IMG/VR virus record: IMGVR_UViG_3300045988_078563
DNA from: a virus
Reading direction: 5' to 3' (one strand)
DNA: 57,623 nt
Positions within the stretch are counted from its first letter, which is position 1. Each line of letters begins with the position of its first letter. The position numbers and the translations under genes were made by a program. The notes below the pieces were generated by a model. It was given only the letters and a program-made list of their open reading frames with translations. It had not been told where the DNA came from and made no database searches. Below are positions 42,941-50,535 of the stretch, piece after piece.

Positions 42941-43140
42941 TGACTATTTCTGATTTCACACAGATTGAACTTGATTATTTTAGAGATAAATGTAATTTTG
43001 TTAATTTAGAAAAAGATGTATTTGAATTGAGAGCAAGTGGATACACACTTGAATATATTGCTGAAAAATTAAATATATCTGTCGACTATGTCAGAAAACT
43101 AAGTCAAAAAGTTAATCGTAAAATAATCAAAGTATTATAA
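42940..43140 (+). CDS. Small HTH protein (sigma-70 region 4-like)
   Basis: GYTLEYIAEKLNISVDYVRKLSQKVNRKI. Confidence 0.45.
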   Translation: MTISDFTQIELDYFRDKCNFVNLEKDVFELRASGYTLEYIAEKLNISVDYVRKLSQKVNRKIIKVL

Positions 43141-43162
43141 TCTAATACATATATAGTACATT

Positions 43163-43207
43163 AAGAGTACACATTCATTACATTGTGAGTGTGTACTCTT
43201 TTATTTA
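43163..43207 (+). terminator. Rho-independent terminator ending the late operon
   Basis: 11-bp perfect stem aagagtacaca/tgtgtactctt, 16-nt loop, ttatttat. Confidence 0.8.
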
Positions 43208-43244
43208 TACTTTAAATATAAACAAAGAGGGAGGTATATATTGT

Positions 43245-43394
43245 ATGAATGATTTAATTTCCAAATTAATAATAGATGAAAACATACAAGATATACCTAT
43301 ATTACACATATGTAGAGTTGCTATAGAAGTTATTAAATTGTTAGAGGAAGAAAATGAAAAATCTGATAATAGAAGACCCGATAGAACTAATTAA
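43245..43394 (+). CDS. Hypothetical small protein
   Basis: GAGGGAGG RBS before ATG 43245. Confidence 0.45.
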   Translation: MNDLISKLIIDENIQDIPILHICRVAIEVIKLLEEENEKSDNRRPDRTN

Positions 43395-43444
43395 ATACTC
43401 ACATAGATTAAGAGATATTTTAAATGGAAAGGAGTGCGGTTGCG

Positions 43445-43864
43445 ATGTACGGATACCCAACAATGAATCAACAAGTCAATTATCCAAATATGATGAACAA
43501 TTTAGCAAATCCAATGGGAATAAATATGCAGAATAATATCCCTATGAACAATTCACTTATGCTCACCAGAGTTACTGGATTAGAGGGTGCAAAAGCTTAT
43601 CAAATGCCTGCGAATAGTACTGTAGCACTATTCGATAATAACGAGGATTTAATGTATATTAAAACAACCGATGGAGCAGGATTTCCTACTATAAGAACAT
43701 TCGCTTTTAAGGAAGTTGTTGCTAATAATAACACTGTTCAAGAAAATGCAGATTATGTAACAAGAGACGAATTTAATAAATTAAAGGAGGAATTGTTAAA
43801 TGGCAAGCAGTCTATTTCAAGGTCAAAATCAAACCTCACAACAGATAAATCCTCAGATAATTAG
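43445..43864 (+). CDS. Hypothetical protein with a Q/N/M-rich N-terminus
   Basis: AAAGGAG RBS. MYGYPTMNQQVNYPNMMNNLANPMGINMQNN, then a globular part. Confidence 0.5.
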   Translation: MYGYPTMNQQVNYPNMMNNLANPMGINMQNNIPMNNSLMLTRVTGLEGAKAYQMPANSTVALFDNNEDLMYIKTTDGAGFPTIRTFAFKEVVANNNTVQENADYVTRDEFNKLKEELLNGKQSISRSKSNLTTDKSSDN

Positions 43865-44015
43865 TCAAGCGAAAGCTATGATGAACAACGCAGGACAAAT
43901 ACAACAGTTATTAGGAATGCTTGGTGGTAAAGGATTAAACCCAGAACAAGCAGTAAGAAATATATGCAAACAAAAAGGCATAAATGTAGATGAATTTATG
44001 TCACAGCTTAAATAA
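43800..44015 (+). CDS. Hypothetical Q-rich small protein
   Basis: AAAGGAGG RBS. Overlaps the upstream ORF by 65 nt. Confidence 0.5.
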   Translation: MASSLFQGQNQTSQQINPQIISQAKAMMNNAGQIQQLLGMLGGKGLNPEQAVRNICKQKGINVDEFMSQLK

Positions 44016-44068
44016 GGATTTTGCAAAATCAATATAAATATTAAAAAAAATGAAAGGAGACTATCACT

Positions 44069-44680
44069 ATGACAGATGGAGTATCTTTAGCAGACATTGC
44101 GGCTGTTACTGACAACAAAGATGGTATGTTCGGTGGTGCAGGTGGTGGCGGAATGTGGATTTTCGCACTTTTAATTCTCTTGCTTATTGGCGGAGGCGGT
44201 TTCTTTGGTGGAAATCGAAATGTAAACGGAGAACCAGTTACAGAAGCAGGTCTTTGTAACGCTATGAATTTCAACAATCTTGAAAATTCAGTTGGCAGAC
44301 TGAATGATAATGTTCAGCACAACTATCAGGGATTACAGAATGGACTTTGCAATTTAGGTTATGAAACACTTCGTAACTTCAATACAGTTCAGCAACAGGT
44401 TGCTGATTGTTGCTGTACAACACAGAGAGCTATTGATGGTGTGAACTATAATGGAGCTATTAATACAGCCGCTATTAACGCTAATACAACAGCTCAGACA
44501 CAGAAGATTCTTGATGCTATGGCACAGAATAAGATTGAAAGCCTTCAGGCTCAGGTCAACCAGCTTCAGCTTCAGTCCGCTATGTGTGGTGTAGTTAGAT
44601 ATCCTAATGCAACAACATACACAGCAGGTATGAACCCTTACTGGAATAACTCATGTTGCAATAATGGAGTTAATATTTAG
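44069..44680 (+). CDS. Gly-rich membrane-anchored, Cys/Asn/Gln-rich protein
   Basis: GGAGGGGMWIFALLILLLIGGGGFFGG TM, then CCC and CC clusters and a coiled-coil QAQVNQLQLQ. Confidence 0.6.
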   Translation: MTDGVSLADIAAVTDNKDGMFGGAGGGGMWIFALLILLLIGGGGFFGGNRNVNGEPVTEAGLCNAMNFNNLENSVGRLNDNVQHNYQGLQNGLCNLGYETLRNFNTVQQQVADCCCTTQRAIDGVNYNGAINTAAINANTTAQTQKILDAMAQNKIESLQAQVNQLQLQSAMCGVVRYPNATTYTAGMNPYWNNSCCNNGVNI

Positions 44681-44705
44681 TCATTTAGACAAGGTTTGAT
44701 ATTAT

Positions 44706-44736
44706 GAGGAATGCCTTGTCGGTATTCCTCTTTTTT
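44706..44736 (+). terminator. Rho-independent terminator
   Basis: gaggaat/attcctc stem, 11-nt loop, T6. Confidence 0.65.
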
Positions 44737-44755
44737 AATGAAAGGAGATAACATT

Positions 44756-45175
44756 ATGAGTTGTAAATCAGGAATTTATGTTGTAAATACTACAACAGGA
44801 ACATCTATTGGTATTGGTGGTACTTATGTACCATCTACAATAATTAGACGATATGGTAAGTATTGCCAGTTAAGTGGAAATGGTGTTTCTATAGGAAACG
44901 CTTGTGGAGGTGCTGGTTACTATGATGTAAATGCAAGTGTAGCAGTAGTCGCTACTGCCATAGGAAATGTGACAGCAACATTATACAAAGATGGAGCACC
45001 AGTACAAGGAGCTACAGCTATTGCAACAGCAACAGCGATAGGTAATATTGTAACTCTTCCTATATCTGCACTTGTAAGATTAAACTGTGATTGTGACACA
45101 GCTAATCTTACAATAGTAATTGGTGGACAGGCAGTAACTGCTCAGAATCTTGCGTTTGTGGTTGAGAAAATCTAA
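44756..45175 (+). CDS. BclA-C-terminal / C1q-TNF-like jelly-roll candidate
   Basis: AAAGGAG RBS. 139 aa rich in G/A/T/V beta strands: GYYDVNASVAVVATAIGNVTATLYKDGAPVQGA...FVVEKI. Confidence 0.45.
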   Translation: MSCKSGIYVVNTTTGTSIGIGGTYVPSTIIRRYGKYCQLSGNGVSIGNACGGAGYYDVNASVAVVATAIGNVTATLYKDGAPVQGATAIATATAIGNIVTLPISALVRLNCDCDTANLTIVIGGQAVTAQNLAFVVEKI

Positions 45176-45399
45176 TGGATGATAGACAATTTGATATATT
45201 AGACATATTAAATATATTGTCTTTTGTCATAGGGGTTAAGAATCTAAATGAGAACTTATCTCAAAATACTGCCGAAGATTTATTATCTGCGGCAGTAAAA
45301 GAGATACATGAGCATTTATCCGAACAGGACAAAAAGATTGATTTAATTCTAAAAAAGTTAGGAGTTGATTATAATGACGAAAATAAAAAAGTTAGCTGA
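45175..45399 (+). CDS. Hypothetical protein
   Basis: ORF track; taATG coupling. Confidence 0.5.
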   Translation: MDDRQFDILDILNILSFVIGVKNLNENLSQNTAEDLLSAAVKEIHEHLSEQDKKIDLILKKLGVDYNDENKKVS

Positions 45400-45673
45400 A
45401 CACATTGAAGAAGAGCTTTTGGGTGCTAAAGAATATGCTGAAAAGTATGTTGAGTGTAAAGCAAAAGGAGATATGCAATGGGCTAATCGTTATAAGGAAA
45501 TGGCTAATGATGAACTAAAGCACGCAAGCTATCTGCATGATAAAGCTGTGCAGGATATAGAAGAAATAGGGAAAGTATTTAAACCTACAGAAGAGATGGA
45601 AGAAAAGTGGGAAAAATGCCATAAGAAATATGTTGAGCAAACCGCTTGGATTAAGCAGATGCTGACTATGTAA
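45374..45673 (+). CDS. Helical, ferritin-like candidate
   Basis: HIEEELLGAKEYAEKY...NDELKHASYLHD. Confidence 0.4.
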   Translation: MTKIKKLAEHIEEELLGAKEYAEKYVECKAKGDMQWANRYKEMANDELKHASYLHDKAVQDIEEIGKVFKPTEEMEEKWEKCHKKYVEQTAWIKQMLTM

Positions 45674-45684
45674 AGGGTGATTGT

Positions 45685-46020
45685 ATGACATTTAATGAGA
45701 GTATTCCTATCGCTAAAGAGCTAGCAGAAAATGAATTAAAAAGACATTTTGATGCAGATGCTTTTATAATTCTTGCATTAATCGACAAGATGAATATTGA
45801 TTTAGTTCCTGAGAGTAATGTTGATGAAACTATTACAGACATTCAAGGCTTGTTTATTAATTATATGCACAATAGAAGTATTGGTAATCTTGAAGCATTA
45901 ATGTCTACTATTAGGAAGATGTTAAGTGAATTATATCATACTTGCTCAACAGAAGAAAAAGAAGTATTCACTAAGTATCTATCTAATTTAGCAGATATAG
46001 TGCATACAACATCAATATGA
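45685..46020 (+). CDS. Hypothetical protein
   Basis: ORF track. Confidence 0.5.
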   Translation: MTFNESIPIAKELAENELKRHFDADAFIILALIDKMNIDLVPESNVDETITDIQGLFINYMHNRSIGNLEALMSTIRKMLSELYHTCSTEEKEVFTKYLSNLADIVHTTSI

Positions 46021-46033
46021 TATGTTTGTCATA

Positions 46034-46066
46034 AGGCTGAGATTAAATTCTCAGCCTATTTTTATT
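46034..46066 (+). terminator. Rho-independent terminator
   Basis: aggctgaga/tctcagcct 9-bp stem, 6-nt loop, atttttatt. Confidence 0.85.
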
Positions 46067-46093
46067 GACATTTTTATTTATATGTATTACAAT
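46065..46093 (+). promoter_or_regulatory. Early promoter copy P7
   Basis: ttgaca 46065-46070, N17, tacaat 46088-46093. Confidence 0.8.
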
Positions 46094-46123
46094 ATAAATA
46101 GATTAAAGGAAGGAGAAATAATA

Positions 46124-47839
46124 ATGATTAACATACAAATAGGAGAGCCTGATAAGCTCTCCAACAATATTTTAGTAAAAAAGAGTGCTTTTGTATCTTT
46201 TGATTATAATCCGGATATTGTGAATTATATCAAGCAGATGGGAACAAGAGTATATAATCCGGATAATCATACTTGGGAAATGCCTATAAACAATATAATA
46301 GGTTTATGTAATAAGTTTGAAAATGAAGAAATCAAAATTGAAGGTATCTATGAAGATTTGCATAAGCAGGAATTTGAAATTGATATTCCAAAAGATTTTG
46401 AGTTTAAAACAAAGCCGTTTAATCATCAGATTGATGGTGTAAGATTTGGTTTGAATAAGAAAAAATTCCTCTTATGTGATGACCAGGGATTAGGAAAGAC
46501 CAAGCAGATTATAGACCTTGTTGGATGTCTTGAAAAAACAGACACAATAAATAAGGTGCTTATTGTGTGCGGTGTAAATTCGCTAAAATATAATTGGCAG
46601 TTAGAAATTGGTATACATTCAGATGAAAAAGGCTGGGTACTAGGAACACGCTATAGAAAGACTACAGGAAAAGCATATGAAGGAAGTACAAAGGATAAAT
46701 TGGCAGACCTTGATAATCTCCCAGATTGTCGCTATTTAATCACTAACATAGAAACATTAAGAGCAGGAGCTGAAAAAATAAGTAAAAGCAAATATCATTT
46801 TCCAGTTGCTGAAAAGTTAGCTGAATTATGTAAAAAGGGAATTATATCTGTTATAGCATTTGATGAGTGTCATAAATCAAAAGACCCTACATCTTTACAG
46901 AGCCGAGCAATGTCATTGTTATCTGCTCCATATATGGCGGCTATGAGTGGAACACCCCTTATGAACAATCCACTTGATTTATATTTCCCTTTAAGCTGGC
47001 TTGGTTATGAAAAACATAGCTTCTATCAGTTCAAACAGCATTATTGCACTTTAGGAGGCTGGGGCGGTTCACAAGTTGTAGGTTATAAGAACCTTGAAGA
47101 AATAAGAGCCTTAATGGATGAAGTAATGCTTAGACGATTAAAGACAGAAGTACTTGACTTGCCTGAAAAGATTAGAAAGATTGAATATGTAGATATGACA
47201 GCTAAACAGGCTCAGATATATAAAGAAGTATATATGGGAGTTATGAATGAATTACAGAAAATTAAGTTTTCAAACAACCCTTTATCTATGATGATTAGAT
47301 TAAGACAAGCTACAGGCTGGACAGGTATATTATCACAAACAGTTCAGGAATCAGCTAAAATGGATAGAATGGTTGAGCTTATAGAAGAAATAAGTGCAAG
47401 TGGACAGAAAGCTATTGTTTTCAGTAACTGGGAAAGTATGACGGAAATAGCAAGAGAAAAGTTGAAAGCATATAATCCAGCTTATATTACAGGTGCAACA
47501 AAAGCAGATGATAGAATGAATGAAGTTACTAGATTTCAGAATGATAAGAATTGTAAGGTTATAATCGGAACTATTGGAGCAATGGGAACAGGACTTACGT
47601 TAACAGCCGCACAAAATGTTATCTTTCTTGACAGTCCTTGGAATATGGCTCTTAAAGCACAAGCAGAAGATAGAGCCCACAGAATAGGTACACAGGGAAC
47701 AGTCAATGTTATAACTCTTGTATGCAAGAATACTATAGATGAGCGAATCGAAGAACTTGTTGAAAAGAAAGGACAGATTGCGGATGCACTTGTAGATGGC
47801 AAAGTAAGTATAGAAGATATTAATTATTTATTATCTTAG
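46124..47839 (+). CDS. SNF2-family helicase/translocase
   Basis: DDQGLGKTKQ, DECHKSKD, SGTPLMNNPLDLY, QAEDRAHRIGTQG. GGAGAA RBS. The track start 46022 runs through the terminator and promoter. Confidence 0.85.
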   Translation: MINIQIGEPDKLSNNILVKKSAFVSFDYNPDIVNYIKQMGTRVYNPDNHTWEMPINNIIGLCNKFENEEIKIEGIYEDLHKQEFEIDIPKDFEFKTKPFNHQIDGVRFGLNKKKFLLCDDQGLGKTKQIIDLVGCLEKTDTINKVLIVCGVNSLKYNWQLEIGIHSDEKGWVLGTRYRKTTGKAYEGSTKDKLADLDNLPDCRYLITNIETLRAGAEKISKSKYHFPVAEKLAELCKKGIISVIAFDECHKSKDPTSLQSRAMSLLSAPYMAAMSGTPLMNNPLDLYFPLSWLGYEKHSFYQFKQHYCTLGGWGGSQVVGYKNLEEIRALMDEVMLRRLKTEVLDLPEKIRKIEYVDMTAKQAQIYKEVYMGVMNELQKIKFSNNPLSMMIRLRQATGWTGILSQTVQESAKMDRMVELIEEISASGQKAIVFSNWESMTEIAREKLKAYNPAYITGATKADDRMNEVTRFQNDKNCKVIIGTIGAMGTGLTLTAAQNVIFLDSPWNMALKAQAEDRAHRIGTQGTVNVITLVCKNTIDERIEELVEKKGQIADALVDGKVSIEDINYLLS

Positions 47840-47841
47840 AC

Positions 47842-47870
47842 TTGACATTTCTATCTATATGTATTACAAT
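47842..47870 (+). promoter_or_regulatory. Early promoter copy P8
   Basis: ttgaca 47842-47847, N17, tacaat 47865-47870. Confidence 0.8.
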
Positions 47871-47900
47871 ATAAAATATATGAAAGGAGGTGATAAATAA

Positions 47901-48203
47901 GTGAAACAATTTTCAACAGCAAGAACCGCACAAATACTGGATATATCAACAATTACTTTAAAACGCTGGTATAAATGGTACGAAGATGATAGTTATACTA
48001 AGCCTTTAGGCTTAAAATTACCAGAATATACCACAGATAATAGAGGAACAAAATTCTTCACAATGCAAGCTATACAGCAACTTGAGGATTTCAAGACTAA
48101 ATTAAAAACTGAGTATCGAGGTTGTATGGCTGAATTCAATGCAGTATATCAGTGGGGTCAGCGTGGAGCTAAAATATTAGAGAAAAATAAGGAGGAAAAA
48201 TAA
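47901..48203 (+). CDS. MerR/excisionase-type HTH DNA-binding protein
   Basis: FSTARTAQILDISTITLKRWYKWY. GTG start after AAAGGAGG. Confidence 0.5.
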   Translation: MKQFSTARTAQILDISTITLKRWYKWYEDDSYTKPLGLKLPEYTTDNRGTKFFTMQAIQQLEDFKTKLKTEYRGCMAEFNAVYQWGQRGAKILEKNKEEK

Positions 48204-48205
48204 AG

Positions 48206-48610
48206 ATGAGTAGAAGAGAAGTATTTGACTTATCTAAAGCAATTGACTTATACAAGGAAAATAAAGACCTTGAAAATAAGTTAAAAAAGACTAATACGGA
48301 AGCAGGTAATATAATTAAAAATTATTTTCTTGAAAAAGGAATAACCAGTGCAAGCAGTGAAAAATATACTGCTACAGTTACCACAACAACTAAGTCAACT
48401 CTTAATGAGGAGCTGGCTATTGAGATTATTAAAGAGAATCTTGGTGGAGCTTTGCTCCGTTCAGTTATAAAGAAGAAAGAGTATATAGACGAGGATGCTC
48501 TGGAAAAACTTGTATACAATGGTGATTTTGATATTACTAAGCTGGAAAAAGCCAAGATTGACACTACTACTCAGACATTGAGAATAGCAAAGAAAAAGGA
48601 GGATAAGTAA
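48206..48610 (+). CDS. Hypothetical protein
   Basis: ORF track. Confidence 0.55.
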   Translation: MSRREVFDLSKAIDLYKENKDLENKLKKTNTEAGNIIKNYFLEKGITSASSEKYTATVTTTTKSTLNEELAIEIIKENLGGALLRSVIKKKEYIDEDALEKLVYNGDFDITKLEKAKIDTTTQTLRIAKKKEDK

Positions 48611-49209
48611 TGAGAGTATGTAAGTATGCAGGAGACCCAGAAGACGAGTATTGCAAGAATTGTAACGGCTGTACAATGGAAGTTGAAGGGAAATCAATAT
48701 CTTGTGCAGAGTGTGCAGGATATGAAGAAGGTGATACAGATGTTGACACAGAGACAGGAGTTGTTACAGATGAAGAACCTATGAATCCACCAGTTGAAGA
48801 GGCTGTTGAAGAAGAGACAGTTGCTAAGCCTGTTCAGAAAGCCGATACAGCGGCTAAAAAGACTAAAGCAACAAATACTACAGCTAAAAAAGAAAAAGCC
48901 GAGGAAAGCAAGAATACACAGCCTGACGATGGTGGTAAGGTTACAATCGAAACTTCTATAAAAGTCAGGGAAGAAAAACATAAGGAAGAAGAATCTGAAT
49001 ATACTCCTACAGGTATTCAGGTAACATCATTAAGATATACATCCGGTGCTACAGTTAAGAAAGGAGATAATTATTTCAAGTTTATAGCTGAGGAAGAATG
49101 GGATGTATCACAGGCTAAGCAGGATATCCAGGAGATAAGAGAACAGTTATGGGCTAAACTCAATGCAGAAGTGGATGCTCAGATTGAAGAATTAAATTCA
49201 ATGAATTAA
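48610..49209 (+). CDS. Hypothetical acidic protein with an N-terminal Cys cluster
   Basis: CKYAGDPEDEYCKNCNGC...SCAEC. Confidence 0.55.
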   Translation: MRVCKYAGDPEDEYCKNCNGCTMEVEGKSISCAECAGYEEGDTDVDTETGVVTDEEPMNPPVEEAVEEETVAKPVQKADTAAKKTKATNTTAKKEKAEESKNTQPDDGGKVTIETSIKVREEKHKEEESEYTPTGIQVTSLRYTSGATVKKGDNYFKFIAEEEWDVSQAKQDIQEIREQLWAKLNAEVDAQIEELNSMN

Positions 49210-49212
49210 GTG

Positions 49213-49241
49213 TTGTAAAATAATTGTGTGTATGTTATAAT
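49213..49241 (+). promoter_or_regulatory. Extended -10 promoter of the replication-initiation operon (TTGTAA-N17-TGTTATAAT)
   Basis: ttgtaa 49213-49218; tgt+tataat 49233-49241. Confidence 0.65.
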
Positions 49242-49243
49242 AT

Positions 49244-49391
49244 AGTTGCGAGTTGAATATTGAATAATTTAATAAAGTAACAATTATCCTTGTTATAAAT
49301 AGGTGTGTCTTTATACACACAACTAACTTTTTATTCAACTCGCAACTGACTAAAAAGAAAGGCACATCTATTTATAACAAGGATTTTTTTA
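49244..49391 (+). promoter_or_regulatory. Structured leader with interleaved inverted repeats A/A' and B/B', plus a T7 tract (attenuator or ori-associated structure)
   Basis: A 49244-49259 / A' 49332-49347 (16/16). B 49286-49307 / B' 49363-49384 (21/22, with one G-U), followed by ttttttt. Confidence 0.6.
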
Positions 49392-49410
49392 ATGTAAGGA
49401 GAATGTCTAT

Positions 49411-50196
49411 ATGATTAAAAATGAAAATTTTATTACAATACAAGGTTGGATGCTTAATGAATTAAAATTAAAAGGAAATGCTTTACTTGTATATGCAATA
49501 ATATATGGTTTCTCACAGACAGATGATTGTGAGTTTACAGGCAGTGCTAGTTATTTAGCTGGATGGTGTGGATGTTCAAGACAAACTATTATAACAACTC
49601 TTAATAGACTTGTTAATGATGAATTACTTATAAAAAAAGAAGAATTTAAAAATAATATCAAGTTTTGTTCATATCGTGTTAATTTGATAGGATGTCAAAA
49701 TTCTTTACAGGGGGATGTCAAAAAATTTGACAGGGGGATGTCAAAAAATTTGACAGGGGGATGTCAAAATTCTTTACATAATAATATAAATAAAACTATA
49801 AATAAAACTATAGAAGATAATATAGATAAAAAAAATTCTAAAAAAAGTTCAACAATTTCAAAACTTGTTATAGATACTTGTTTAAAAAATGATATAGAAG
49901 ATGATGAGAGTATAGAATTAATTGAACAGTTTTTAGAAGAAATGAAAATAAAAACAAAAGGAGCTATACAAGCTAATATAGCAAAAATAGCAGGAAAAGA
50001 TTATACAACAATTAAAAAATGTATAGATACAAGTTATCAAAGAAACTATAAATATATAACACCACCTGAATGGTTAGTAGATATTCATAAGAAAAAAACT
50101 GTATCAAGTGATTTGATACTTAATGATACAACAACAAAAGAGGGCAGAGAAGAAATACGTCAAATGAGGAATAATGGAACACTTATGAAATTTTAA
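49411..50196 (+). CDS. Replication initiator / replisome organizer (N-terminal winged-helix)
   Basis: FITIQGWMLNELKLKGNALLVYAIIYGFSQ...SASYLAGWCGCSRQTIITTLNRLV. Iterons lie inside the gene. Confidence 0.6.
   Translation: MIKNENFITIQGWMLNELKLKGNALLVYAIIYGFSQTDDCEFTGSASYLAGWCGCSRQTIITTLNRLVNDELLIKKEEFKNNIKFCSYRVNLIGCQNSLQGDVKKFDRGMSKNLTGGCQNSLHNNINKTINKTIEDNIDKKNSKKSSTISKLVIDTCLKNDIEDDESIELIEQFLEEMKIKTKGAIQANIAKIAGKDYTTIKKCIDTSYQRNYKYITPPEWLVDIHKKKTVSSDLILNDTTTKEGREEIRQMRNNGTLMKF
49690..49781 (+). repeat. Four 23-bp iterons (GGATGTCAAAA...) in ABBA order: candidate replication origin
   Basis: Units start at 49690, 49713, 49736 and 49759. Units 2 and 3 are identical, as are 1 and 4 apart from their last 2-3 nt. 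Confidence 0.85.
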
Positions 50197-50208
50197 AGGA
50201 GGCTTTAT

Positions 50209-50535
50209 ATGAAAGGTGATATAGAATATTTAAAAGAATTGGTATTGCAGGAAATACCTTCTGAACCTTGTGGAAAACATCATAAAGATATAGCTTTTAA
50301 TACAGGTCTTAATTGTAGGGATGTTCGCATCCTCATACAAAAATTAAGAGATGATGGATATCCTATATGTGGAACACCTCAGGACGGCTATTGGATGGCC
50401 AGATATAGTGGCGAGCTTAATATAACGATTAAAACCTTGCAGAATCATTGTGATAGTGCTATGACCACTATCAACGCACTTAGAGAAGCTCAGAAACAGT
50501 TACAGAAGCAGGAGGCTTTAGATAATGGATATTAA
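50209..50535 (+). CDS. Winged-helix DNA-binding protein candidate
   Basis: HKDIAFNTGLNCRDVRILIQKLRDDGYPI. Confidence 0.4.
   Translation: MKGDIEYLKELVLQEIPSEPCGKHHKDIAFNTGLNCRDVRILIQKLRDDGYPICGTPQDGYWMARYSGELNITIKTLQNHCDSAMTTINALREAQKQLQKQEALDNGY

Noticed and set aside
46022-46123. N-terminal extensions proposed by the ORF track (46022, 54278, 12577, 35314, 38511, 43185, 29508, 13817, 22220, 23494, 54990)
   Set aside because: The extensions run through terminators or promoters, or through the preceding gene, and lack RBSs. Internal ATG/TTG codons with GGAGG-type RBSs at 5-10 nt were preferred.
47901-48203. An excisionase, and hence a temperate lifestyle
   Set aside because: A MerR/Xis-type HTH alone is not diagnostic. 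No integrase, attP-like repeat or CI/Cro pair was recognised anywhere.
49690-49781. CRISPR-like appearance of the 23-bp repeats
   Set aside because: There are only four abutting units with no spacers. They lie inside a continuous ORF, and no cas genes are present. This is an iteron-type origin.
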